NCBI GenBank assembly: GCA_964234715.1
Contig: OZ174279.1
Origin: Podarcis melisellensis
Lineage: Eukaryota
Length of the DNA stretch: 64,000 bases
Reading direction: 5' to 3' (one strand)
Each line of letters opens with the position of its first letter. The first letter of the stretch is position 1. Below the pieces are notes generated by a model. The model was given only the letters and a program-made list of their open reading frames with translations, was not told the DNA's origin and did not search any database. This document shows positions 36,900-49,750 of this stretch, piece by piece. A program made the translations under genes and the position numbers.

Positions 36900-38855
36900 G
36901 CAAGTAAAGTAGGCTCACCTAAAAATGGAAACTGAACTGCATTTCCCACCATCCCTATGAACAATATGTGTCCATGCAGAAAGACTCGCTCTGTCTTTTG
37001 AAAGAGATGCACTTAATTTGAAGCTTTGTTCTTATTCCAGAGCTCGACAGCCCTACAGAATGAAATATATTTCAGAACAGTGAAGCTCCACAGGATCCCT
37101 GATCTTCAATATTATTGTCGGGGATATCTAATGTGGAAACTAGAAATAGTGATGTTAGTAACTGAACTGAAGAGCCTCTCCAGGGGATTTGCAATTTACT
37201 TTTCTTTCAACAATGAAAAACAGCTTAGTTAAACTCTCCATGCTTCATGTAACAAGAAACCAAACACTGAAAGTGGAAAGCCAAACAATTGAGAACTTTC
37301 CAAACTACACATACCACATGGAGAAATGTGGTTACTTAACCCTTGACATTCTACAGATATCCAGGCATTGAGCACTTTCCTAAATGCAAATTTAAAACCA
37401 GGGGCATGCTCAACTCTAAAAAGAAAGAAAGAAAAAGAAATAGAAGCCAAGAGTTGCTCAAAAGTTATTTCTTAAATTATAGTGTTGTACAATTCACCAT
37501 TTAAAATGTAAACATGCTTCGCCCTAGCATTTTTTCTTCCTTTGAACATTTTCCTCCATTCTGTCTTTCTACCAAACTGTTTACATCTACAGAACCACAA
37601 ACCGCAAAAGGACAAACAGAAATAAGAGGTGTACATATCTTAAATGGTTTTTGGCATGACCTTGGCCTACCATGAGAACGGAAGTGAAGGTGAAGGAATC
37701 TCGATGACCACAGACTAGCTGTCTGTTGGAGTACGGGCCAGAAAACTATTTCACTTCCCACATCTATGTAAATGCGGTTGGGCACAGTTCCTACCCGATT
37801 AGCTCTCCAAAGTCCTTGGACAGAATGTCATTGGCGGAACACTGTCACGGTTTGGAACATTCTGCAGTCATCTTTCTATATCATGGCGGGTAACAAATGT
37901 TTCCGTTCTTCCTTTCTTCTAGTCACATCAAGCAAGAATAGACATACTAGATATTCTTATAGGATTAAGTATGTCACTCCATTGCTTGTCAAAAATCGCA
38001 CCTCCACAAGCGCAGCAGCACACGGATTGTAGACTGTCAAGAATTACGTATGCCACACCATAATTTTGCTTGTGACTTTATTGATAAAAGGTTTCCTCTA
38101 AATTGCTGTGTGAGAATGTGGTTGCTTTGAGAAGCATCAAGGAATTTAGCAAGCTAGCCAGAAGCCACAAAGGAGAACTTACTGTACAGCAATCCCTTCT
38201 GGAGTGCTCCCAATACCATCACTTAACGATCTGAACGGAGCATCTTAACCTAATTATTTGCTATCTGATAACATTTTGCCACAAAAATGTTTGCTTGAAT
38301 GTATCTTATCAAAGGAATGTTTGTGCCTCGGATTAGTCACTGCTTGGTTAAAGATTTGTGTAATCAGCTTAATTCGTTTTAAAAAATACAAATACCTATT
38401 ACCACTTAATTTGTATAATAGATATTGACTGTGCAATTAAAAATTAGCAGGGCCTATTAAAATCATAAGGTCAAGCAAACGTTCAACAATGCATAGGTTA
38501 CTTGGCTTATCTTTTGTTTTGAGTTCCTATTATGCAGCACAGACCTTTTGGGTTTGCAGAACAGAAAAAGGTCACAAGTGAAACGAGATGAATATTCTCA
38601 ACTCATCCCTGGGCAGACATGTACACAGCAAGACACTGCCTCTACTAATTCATCACTCTCAGGTTTGAGAGGTGGCAGAGGGTTCATAGAAAGAGAGTGG
38701 ATTGATGGAGCCCAAGAGGTGGGTAGTCCCGTGGGTGGGAATCAAAAGCCACTAAAAGAGCAGTAGGATAAAGCCTGTTTCTCCTATCCTTTCATTACTC
38801 CTCACCAGTGAGCAATGCTGCTGTTTAAGATGTTCAAGGCTGCAAATCATATGAA

Positions 38856-38858
<3 letters not shown>

Positions 38859-38893
<35 letters not shown>
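38859..38893. repeat. (TA)n microsatellite
   Basis: Seen directly. Confidence 0.95.
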
Positions 38894-38895
<2 letters not shown>

Positions 38896-40582
38896 TGATA
38901 CCTTAATGAAGGTTTTTTCCCTACCCTCCTTAGCTTTACAGTGAGAACTTATTGCATGTGCTTATGATCAAATTGTGTTGAACCACTGACCTGTTGAGAG
39001 CAGATCTTACCACTATTTATACTGCAAAAGTTCACTGGCCTTTAAAAAAATTATCTATGTGAGTAACAAAAACAGATATTTGGGGACTGGGTTTTAGAAT
39101 TTCATCAGGCTGATTTGGTCTGCCTAGATTACATTCCATATTATTAAACAGACTATGAAAACAGAACAACCACATACCTTTTGGGATATAATGAGACTGA
39201 TACCAAATAATGAGGGGATTGTCTTTCAGCTAGCCATTCCCAGTCTCGTCCACTCCAGTTGTTGTTGGTACTATGTGACCCAGCATTCCTCACCACTGGC
39301 CATCCTGATTGGGGCTGATGGGAACTGTAGTCCAAAACACCTGGAAGGCACCAAATTGGGAAGGCTTATAGAAATTAATAGGAATACAGGAAAATGTCTG
39401 TTTGTGTTCAGTGTGCTTGGAAGGAAAAGTGAGTGGCACACTGAGGTTTCAAGAGAAGCAGCAGAATGTTCGTGTTTATGAACATTTCCCATGGTATTTG
39501 TAACTCTAAGGTTTTATTGTACCTGCATAGCAATGGTGAGCTAACTATATAGTGGTATTTGACCATCCAAGATCCCAAAATCAATAAGCAATTAAGCCCA
39601 GAGGAAAATCACTCTAATAAATTATTGTCTATGGGTTTTATGCGATCCATTTTGGAAAGGCAGACCATGTTTATATGAGCAGAATTCCTTTCACAATATT
39701 AGAACCTGTGAGTGGGCATACAAGAAGATGATTGGGTTTAATAAGAAAGTGAGCAGGTCTTTCTAAAAGTTTTGTTAAGTTCATTTTGTAGAAATGGTTT
39801 AATGTAAGGCTAATGGATGCTCAATTAAATTAAAAGGCAGAAAATAGTGAATTAATAGATGGCAAATAGTGTATTAAAAATGAAATTACTTTTCACATAA
39901 CCAATAGACCCTAGAATTCATTTGCAGAGGGCACTTCTAAAATCAAATATCTAATGAACTTAAAAATGTGCCAGACTATACTATATGCTACATAAAATAT
40001 ATACACTTCTAATGTACAAAGTTCTTTGCCATATTTGGCAGATATTTATATTAATAACCTTATGAGGTAAATCAATATAATTTCAATTTTAGAGATGATG
40101 GATAGAAGCTGATAATGTTGCTGAAGCTTGTCTTAATGAGTTAATGGTTGGCTTATAGTGTGTTACTACTGTAGACCCACAACCTAAGAGTTAAACCAGA
40201 TGGGAGGGGTATAAATAACAAAATAACTACTACTACCACCACCATCACCAATCTGCAATTATTATTAGTAAGGATGCGCACTTTTTTGCCTATCTTGATT
40301 TTCAGTTTCCAAGTCACCTGCTCTTGTTTATGAACTGGCACCTGCAAGTTAGTAATGTGCCACACTTCTGTTTTTGATGTATGGACATGGCTGAGACTAC
40401 TGCACACCTATAGTTGGCTGTACTTTTCAGTCTGAAGGGTATTTTTCAGTACTGTTGCACTCTGCATATGTACACTGATTGAATCACAGAGAGAGAAAAA
40501 AGGAATCCTAATGCTAGCATTAGCTATGGGCGATGAGGTAGCTGACTGACAGCTACTGCATGGCAACAAAAGGTAAGGCTTA

Positions 40583-40921
40583 CTGGGCATGGGCCAGATC
40601 ACTCCCGCAGAGATCCTCCGTGGGCTGGACCGGTGCAGCGTGATGTTGGAAATAGCATCTATGCATGTCCACAGTGCTGGAAATCACTTCTGTGCATGCC
40701 CAGACACTGGAAATCGCGCCTACGTATAAGCGATTTCCAGTGTCTGGGCATGCGCAGAAGCAATTTCCGGAGGCACGGAAGGGAGTCCCGTGCTGTGCTG
40801 CTTTAGGACAGCGCATGGGGACTCGCTGAGTGGGTGGCTTGGTTCAGGGGTGGCTCATGGGCCAGTTAAACAGTCTCCATGGGCCACTTCTGGCCCATGG
40901 GCCTTAGGTTGCCTACCCCTG
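40583..40921. mobile_element. hAT-type non-autonomous DNA transposon fragment
   Basis: Ends in ...ggttgcctacccctg (hAT-like CAGGGGTAGGCAAC TIR); internal palindrome cccagacactggaaatcg...cgatttccagtgtctggg. Confidence 0.6.
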
Positions 40922-41595
40922 GTGTAGAGGAATTCCCATCCTTACTGTTCGATGCTGATTGGTGGGGTGGCAAGTGCCACAGCTAGCTCCATTTACTTGC
41001 TTGACTCCTGAGTGGACAGCTGCCCTTGCTGACGTCAGCAGCCTGTATCCTTGCTGTGATTGCCATGCTCCAATGCATACTTACAACAGTGTCTAGGGAC
41101 ACCAGAAAGCGAAAGCCACAAATTTATACAGGGTACTGTTGTGTTTCAGTGCTCAAGTTTGGGATGCAGCTATGTATGTTTATGCCGGAATCCAGGTCTG
41201 AAATATAAGGCCCTATGGCTGCCACAGGCCCTCCTTTATGCGCCATCACCTTGGAAGGTGGGGCAGTGAGGAGAGCTTCCAGATCTGTTTTGGACTCGAG
41301 GGGATCTGATCTTAAAAGGGATCTGGGAGGGGGACACACCTGCCCCCAAATATTTTAGACTGAGGCCTCCTGCCTGCAATCCAGAGTGGTTTAACAATAA
41401 GTCTCTCTTCACTGGTAACCCTGAGGCTCTGGGAGAGAAATACGGGCCTCCCACCAATTCTCAGCACCTTTAACACACAGCAGTTCCCGGAACTCCTGGG
41501 GGAGAAGCCATGATTGCTTAAAGTGGTATCATAGCACTTTAAACGTTTGGTGTGAATGTGGCCTTGGTGAGATTCCTCTCCCCTTTATATCAAAG

Positions 41596-41597
<2 letters not shown>

Positions 41598-41638
<41 letters not shown>
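41598..41638. repeat. (GT)n microsatellite
   Basis: Seen directly. Confidence 0.95.
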
Positions 41639-41639
<1 letters not shown>

Positions 41640-42539
41640 TTTTTGTTAAGTTCCGTTCCATTCTCAACTTGGCTTTAGTTCTTTGCTGGAACAAACTGCC
41701 TTGTGCTTTTGAATTTAGGTTGATCTGATAGGCCTTGGTAATCTTCTATGTGTTCATTCAAAGCTATGTTTGATTTTTGTTTATATTACAGATTCTCCCA
41801 CATAGATATTAAGGCAATGAAAACGAGTTTTCCATCCAAAACAATTACAATGAAAAAAGCAAGCAAACAAGCGTAGGTTTGCAGCAAAACTGCAAAGGAA
41901 GTCAACTAAAAGTTTAAAAGAGGAAGGAGAAGAAAGTTAGATTTAATTGATGCCAATTAAGAGTCACTCTCCTTGCAGCAGGAATATGAAGGAATCACAC
42001 ATTAGGTTTAAAGGATATATCCAATTTTGTTCTACCACAAAAGAAGAATGCTTTAATTTTTGGCTTACATGGGTACCCAATGTTTATTCTGAGCTCCTAG
42101 ATTGGGGGTAAGGATCAAATCCTATTCATCTTGAACTCAGTGGGTAACCTCCCAGTGGTTTCAAAACACAATCTTTGATCCTTCTCACTGGCAAATGAAT
42201 CTCTTTTACCACACAGACAAAAACACATTTCTCAAACCAAGCCTTCTATCCCTGTCATTTTTGTCCTAGATTGTTTCTAGGACATACGGGTAGCACATCT
42301 TGGCAGAAGAGAACTTCTAATATCTGTGCCATATTTTATAGTACAGCCTTTGCCAACCTGGTGTCCTCTAGATGCTTTTGGACTATAATTCCCATCAGCC
42401 CCTCTTTCCATTAAAGCTTATATTCAGGTCTAAAAACTTTTCATGTAAGGGAACTATGAGAAGGGACAGTGTGAAGAAGGTACAGAGACCTTTAGATTCA
42501 CTATCATTCAACTAGCATTGCCCAGCAAGACTACATACT

Positions 42540-42677
42540 CATACCCTCCAACATTTCTCTGCTGAAAATAGGGACGTCCTAGGCAAAAGTGGGGCATTCC
42601 AGGAACAAATAAGAAACTGGGATGGCTTCTGTAAATCCATGACTGTCCCTGGAAAATAGGGACACTCAGAGGGTCTG
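42540..42677. mobile_element. Short MITE
   Basis: Imperfect TIRs cataccctc...gagggtctg and repeated gaaaatagggac motifs. Confidence 0.55.
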
Positions 42678-43149
42678 CAAACTATCCCACCAGAAAGATC
42701 TTTCATGTTAGATGCTACCCAGTACTCACTGCTGGTTCCTGCAGCTTCTAGCAGTGCAACACTACCTACTTTGTTGCTAAGCTGTAATATTTTCCTAGGT
42801 AAGGTAGCCATTTTGCTGAATATAAGCAAATAGGTGTTACAATCAAGATGGTAGAACAGCACTGAGGATGGTAGTGTAATAATAGTAGCTGGAGAAATGG
42901 GACTAGGCTGGAGGGGACAGATGGGCTTCTCAGAATGATACTGGGTAGAAGGCAGAACTCTTCCCCCACACCTGAACCAAATACTTTCCTACAGCCAATC
43001 CAAAATTAAAATAGTCATACACAGCCTTGGATCACATATTCAGAGAGACACAAAGCTTACTACCAGGTCTAAGAAGTTCATATACAGCATGCCCAACACA
43101 TTGTAATTTTATGTTATTTTAAAAAACCCAAACTTTAGGTGTCCAGCCC

Positions 43150-43420
43150 AGAATGGATTGGCTATTTATTTTACCCTTTTATTTGTATTGGTATAATATA
43201 AAATTCTGAAAATCATGTAGCAGTTTCAGGTTAATTTGTTGTTATATTTGCCAGCTTATTTCATTGCATTATTAAAACATTTAGTACCGTATGTGTCATT
43301 AATATTCCAAAATGTAATTAGCATATTTAATCAAAAACAATTAGGAGCAAGCACTGCTTCCCTTTTTAAGTAATAAAATATTTATGGCTGGAATAAACAA
43401 AATGAAAGCCAAAAAGCACT
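43150..43420. promoter_or_regulatory. Candidate conserved non-coding element
   Basis: Non-repetitive AT-rich block dense in TAAT/ATTA, TTTATGG and TAAACA motifs; conservation not tested. Confidence 0.35.
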
Positions 43421-44298
43421 TTGAGGTGTTGATTTTGTATGTGCGGAGGGGAGGGGGGCGCGGATAAAAGGGGGAAAGGAAACACATGAGAAAGAAGATA
43501 ACTTCTAGTGCATAACTGCCTCTGGTGGATTTCTTCCATGGTTTGCCTCTTGGGAGTTTCAATCATTGTGTGTCAATTCCAAAGAAATAAAATTTCATTG
43601 TGGTTCCTCAATACCATAATAATACTATAATAAAAGAAGATACGTGAACTAAGCAGAGTTGTGTAAATCCCACCTTGAATTAGCTTTGCCTGGTGAGATC
43701 TTCCTTGTGGGCTATAAACACCGTGAATGCTGATTAGGGCTTGAGAATCTTGACACTAGAAACTTGACCAGAGAGGCAATAAAATTAAAAAGTAATTGAT
43801 CTTATCAGAACTCTGCTTCACCATCCTCATTGCTGGGCTCAGGCGGGGGCTGCAAAAATGCCTTCTTCATATTTCCCCCCATTTTTCTTTATTGTCGCCA
43901 TGTGTCGCACTGCTTTGGAGGTATCACGAGCAGTGAGCATCTAGGACCCTAAATAACTCCATTAAACACTCAAGCGCTTGCTGTTGCTCAGTCTTTCCCA
44001 CACGTGGATTAGTAATAAAGCACAGGATACCTGATAAGTCCCAGTATTGTCTCTTTGTTTGTACTCAGCAGTGCATACACTTAGATTTAATTGTATTCAG
44101 CGGGGCTGAGTATATTTCCAGAATTTGTATTTGGGTGCTTTTAATCTGGAAAAACAGAGTTGGCAATATAACTGGTTTGACAGGATTGTAGAAAGTAGAG
44201 CTGGGGCCAGAAAAGCTACACATGATTTCAAAGTAGTAAAATAAAATGTAATGTTCAAAATTTAAAACCAAAACAGGTTGGCCTTTCAAAAATACATA

Positions 44299-44540
44299 CA
44301 GTGGTACCTCGGGTTAAGTACTTAATTTGTTCCAGAGGTCCGTACTTAACCTGAAACTGTTCTTAACCTGAAGCACCACTTTAGCTAATGGGGCCTCCTG
44401 CTACCGCCAGGCTGCCGGAGCACGATTTCTGTTCTCATCCTGAAGCAAAGTTCTTAACCTGAAGCACTATTTCTGGATTAGCGGAGTCTGTAACCTGAAG
44501 CATATGTAACCTGAAGCGTATGTAACCCGAGGTACCACTG
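44299..44540. mobile_element. Tc1/mariner MITE, family A (opposite orientation)
   Basis: Perfect TIRs CAGTGGTACCTCGGGTTA...TAACCCGAGGTACCACTG with TA TSD. Confidence 0.92.
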
Positions 44541-46504
44541 TATAATTATTGTATTTGAACAATGTCCACCATTGTTCCCATATGTTTCCACCGACACAAC
44601 AGGATTTCACCTTCCCTCTACTCCCATGGAAGGCCTGGCTCATGGTGTGTAAGAAAAAGGACCCAGAAGTGGAGACAGCAGGAAAAACCCAAGCCAGCTC
44701 CATCGCCCAAGTGTTCTTAGAAGTGAGTGAATTAAGGATCTGGCTTGGTTGTCATGCCAAAAATGGACAGTGGTATTAGCAAGCTGCTCGGACAAAAACC
44801 ATATTAAACTGCAGTAAGGGAAAATTCCAGAAGAGTCCAATCATGAGTTAACCCTTTGGCTTGCCAAGATTCGGATCAGTGTACCAACTATTCTGGAAAA
44901 AAATACACCAAAGAGCCAGGGACACTGGAACCTAGAGTTCAGCCTGGAGCCTGTGGCTGTCCCTCCAGAATGAAACCTCATGGAAATGCTTCAAAAAGTC
45001 TCCCCATACCTGCAAATCCTCCCACACATCCTGTGTGACTCATACATGGTAATGAGGCTTGGAGAGACCCTTTGTGATATCACAAAGCCACATCAGAAAG
45101 ACCCATCTGGTGGGCAGCAACTCGGCAAGCGAAACTGAAGTGCCCCACCATCTCCAGAAATACTTCATCCACACCTGAAGCTTTGACAGTTTCTCAGGTG
45201 GGTGACTGCATCAGTTCAAGGCATCCTATTCAGCGCCTAGGTAGGCAACTCCTGTACGAAAGCCCCATGTCTCCTCCCCTGTCAGTTGCACCCCTGAATT
45301 CTCCTACATCCTTGTGAACTTCCTCATAAGGAGATAACATGTCTGGCTTCCACACTGACCCCTGCATGTGGCTACATGCCAGTTATCAGGGTATGTTGCT
45401 TCCTCACTCTCCTAGCTGCAAACAAGGCTCTTATTCAGCAGCTATGTGCCAGCATTGGAATGCATTCCTAGCCTGACCTAGCAATGCCAGGTCTTGAACA
45501 GGGAACATTCTGCATGCAACACATGTGCTCTGTCACTGAGCTACATCTCTCTCTCTCTCTCACTGCCCCCCAGATCATATTTCCCCACCCCCAAATGTTG
45601 TTCTTTTTCTTCCTGTTGTAGAATTCAGGCTGTTTTCCTTCAAAAGAACCAAAATAATATATTTCAAAATACTATGTGTAATGCTGCTGCCCCAAAGCAT
45701 GTGGAGGAAAAAGTATAGGGAATAGGAAAACTTCTGAAATGCAGAAAACATTTGTTTATGTCTCTAAAGAAAACAGAGTGAAAGCAAACCAGCAAATAAT
45801 ATATACAACAAGTCTCATGGGTAAAATTTAAACTTAAGTCCATGCTTTAACAAATTAAGAGCTAAATAATTTGCCAGTATTATGGTCCAGGCACATGAAA
45901 GCACTTCTGGAAATGAGATATATCTGCGTTTTAACAATTATATTTCCTGCACAGACAAAAAGAGAGAGTGTGTGTGCACAATATATGGTTTTATTTTGAT
46001 GAATGCTACTGTAAATTACTATTAACCCTTCAGGGCCCCAGGAAATGATGTGGTCATTTGTAGCTGAGTCTGCCTGCTTTCTGTCCTTATATCTGGGAAG
46101 CAACTGAAGGAGACTGATAAAATTCAGTTTTTCAATAAGAGAATGTCATCAGGGACATCTCTGTGAATAAAAAGAGAGACGCAAAGGTTACCTCGTGTAC
46201 CCTTGTAGCACAGTACATAGTGCTACATTTGAAACTTTAATTTATTGGGGGGTGGGGGGAAGAATCAAGTGTGGTGGCCAAATGGTTAAATTTTGCTCAG
46301 TAATTTTTTCATTTTTGTTAGTCATGAATATATCCAACCATACAGAGGCCATCAAAATCTTGCCACTAGAGACTATAAAGTCTACTTACATAGGGTTCCT
46401 GGGATTTTTCATGTTCTTATGGAAAATATCTCTGAAATCCCTGAGCTGAAAATTTTGATCTCATTTGTGGATGTGAGCGATACTGAGAAAGGGTTGAAGA
46501 GTGA

Positions 46505-46652
46505 NNNNNNNNNNNNNNNNNNNNNNNNNNNNNNNNNNNNNNNNNNNNNNNNNNNNNNNNNNNNNNNNNNNNNNNNNNNNNNNNNNNNNNNNNNNNNNNN
46601 NNNNNNNNNNNNNNNNNNNNNNNNNNNNNNNNNNNNNNNNNNNNNNNNNNNN
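46505..46652. other. Assembly gap
   Basis: Run of N. Confidence 1.
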
Positions 46653-49449
46653 GTCTAATTCGCAGCTAATAGTTTCTTTCTCCCCCGCTCCTTGAAGTTT
46701 TGTTATGAAGTTTAGGAATGCAGATGAAAGACTGACACAAAGAAATATTTACCACAGCCTCCAGATTAGCAAATCACTCTCACAGCTTCAGTGCATACAT
46801 ACATAATAGAGCTGGAGCAGTGTTTTGGACAGTAAACCCATTAACAATTTATGTTTTGCATATGGGAAATAGACAGCAATATGGTTTTCTGCATTGGGAA
46901 TCATTCATAATGATTAATATCCTGGGATCAAGGGAGGCTAGTCAGGCGTTCATCAGGGCTGCAAACTGAAGTGGTCTTGTCTGGGCCAGCCCTACCAGTA
47001 GGGAGAGGGAGACGGCTGGTTTGGCTTCATGAAAAGGCACCAGATTTTTAATTTTCAAAATTATTGTGATTATTATGATGGACAATAAATAATAGCGCTG
47101 TTTTGTGGAATTTCTCAGCTGCCCCGAATGCTTGGCTTTGGGGGTGGGGTGGGGGGCACAATTTGCTGCTCCACTGTCTTGGGCCTGATAGAAGAAAAGA
47201 GGTAACCTTTTCTGTTTGCGAAGATTCAGCTCTGTCACTTTCATCCTGCCCAACTAAATGTTGTACCATTAAAGAATATGAACATGTCTAAACATATAAG
47301 TTTAAGCCGGATGACTTGCTGAATGGCAAAGAGACAAAATATTTCACACCTGCCTGACAGGAAAATGACCTTCATGTACTATTATTAACTATGATTCAGG
47401 TGGGATTAAGGTCAGCAAGATTCCCCACCACCACCATTCAAGCCAAATGTTCTAATGATGGATGAGAAATATTTAGCATTGCTCTGCAAGATTCCCATAC
47501 AGGTTTGTGATGTTAAACAAGATATTCAAAATATGCTTCTTTCCCTCCCATGGCCTAGCACATTCGCATCAAGGGTTCGAATAAGGAAAGCCCTCCATAA
47601 TTCTATGATGTCATATTCCAGTATTGCTGAATGTTTTATAGCCTGCACATTTGGTAATAATGGGTGTTTTTTGGGGGGACGGATGGACCGAAAGCTCTAT
47701 CCAGAGCTTGTCTGAGGCCAGGGGTAGGAGTCTTGTTAGAATAAAGTGATAAACTCAAACAAAAAAGCAGCCTGTCTCTGGTGGGAGTCTTTGGCCAACT
47801 TAGCCCTCTGAGGCCTGGGACCTGACTACATCTGCATCTCCCTCTACATCTCAGCTTTTCTGCTCCCTCCTGTTCTCCAGAATCTCAGGCTCACTCGTCC
47901 TGTGCCTTGAACCCATGCCATGCCAACCCACGGTTGAGAGAATGCTCTAGTGTGAGGATGCTGCATTCTGTAGTAGTATCCCCCTTTGGGGCAAGGGGGT
48001 TGAGACAGTGGCTGTAGTGATGTGCACGATGTCCATTTTACAAAAACCACATGAATGTCGCTATCATCTAGGAGAGATCATACCAGGCTGTGGGGACCAG
48101 TGCATGCTATGCAACAAGACCAGGGCTTCATTAGATATTTGCGCCATGGAAGAAATCTGGAATATGTGAAATGATATCAGAAAAAAGTGCCTTGAAGCAA
48201 TTGCAGAGTGCCATTCCTTTAAAAGCAGATTACACACATCTGTGAGAATTTCGAGGGTAGGAGCTGAGAATCCAGGCAGGTTTGAAATCTGCTAGCTCTC
48301 ATTTTAGAGATTAAGCATTGCATGAGATTAACTGCAATTTTGATTTTTTTTTTTTGTAGTTAAAAATAATGTTAGAAGATGGAATCTACACACACACACA
48401 CACACTAAAATGTGCTGACTTTTAATACGAGCTAATCGATGCAACCATTGCAACAGATGTAAATTAGCTAGTGGCAGCGTTATGGTGTATGCATCCATCC
48501 ATACAAGTGGATCTAGGGCATGCAGATGTGGCCAAGATGCTTAAATTTCTCGTGACTAGTAGTCCTGTGAAATAATTTCCTTTTGTTGCTGTTTTGCATG
48601 CTCCTTTATTGCAAAGCAAGCAAGGCAGAGCTGAAAGGATTATCCTGAAAGGCTTGCATTTGTCAGGTCTACAATGAAGATGTTCTGAGTCTTCCATCTG
48701 AGCATGCACTCAGTGACTGGCCCAGTTGCAGAATGGTCCTATTTATAACCAATGGTAAATCCGTGCCAGCACAAAGCTGTCCCATTCTTAATAGCTTTAG
48801 AGATGCAATGTGAGCCTTAAAGGGCATGGTTAGTGGTCATTCTCCCCTCTCTCCTGGCTAGTGGTCATTCTCCCCTCTCCTCTCTGTGTTCTCATATGCT
48901 ACCCTACCCTCTTTATGGGCTTTCTGGCTTTTCTGAAGCAGCAACATGTGGTGTTGCAGCTGAATTGGTGGAGGCATTAGGACTCACATCAGAGATCACC
49001 AGTAACTGATGAGGGTGCTACCTTGATTTAACAACCATAAACCACTGAGAAAACCCTTCTATAATATTTAGCAAATATCATAAAGTTAGTTAGTAATTAG
49101 AATAACCCAGATGGCATTTCCTCCGAGTTTCCCCTTAAAGTACTTCGTTCTGGGGGGGGGGGGGAGGTACCATCTATTTCACCACAGTCATCTGTATTTC
49201 ATATTGCAATCATTCATTTTTGCTAACTTGTTAAATCTAGCATCATACAGTAGGAAATGGAAGAAGAAAAATGCAATCTGCGTGTTTGACTGGGGAAAGG
49301 TCTTATGCACAGTGCACAAATTTGCACAGACTGATTGAACCCAAATGCTTGTATAATAATCAGACAATGTTTGTAGAGTGATTTGAAGGTGAAACATAGT
49401 GTGTGGAACATTATTCATTATTATTATTTTATTTTATTATAATATAATA

Positions 49450-49750
49450 TAAAGGGTCATTGTGCAAAGAAGCACAACAATCTTTATGATGCCCATTCAT
49501 TTTGCTGACTTTTTTGTCATTATCCTCCTTTGGTGATTAAGTGTCATTTGTCTTATAATTTTAATGTTATCTTTAACACACATAATAAAGTTTACATAAT
49601 TATAGCCTATTAATATAATTTGCATGCATGTTACCCGGAAGGCGAAGAAAATGTTTCATCACCAGGCATGTAATTTGCCTTCTTTAACTATTTTTTTTTA
49701 TCATCTTCATCAATAAATTGGCAGCCTTAATAAATGAAGATAACCTCACT
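49450..49750. promoter_or_regulatory. Candidate conserved non-coding element
   Basis: AT-rich block with octamer ATTTGCAT (49618-49625), TGTCA (Meis-type), TTTAT and TAAT sites; conservation not tested. Confidence 0.4.

Noticed and set aside
48831-48880. 20-bp direct duplication tagtggtcattctcccctct
   Set aside because: Only two units; ordinary local tandem duplication, not an array.
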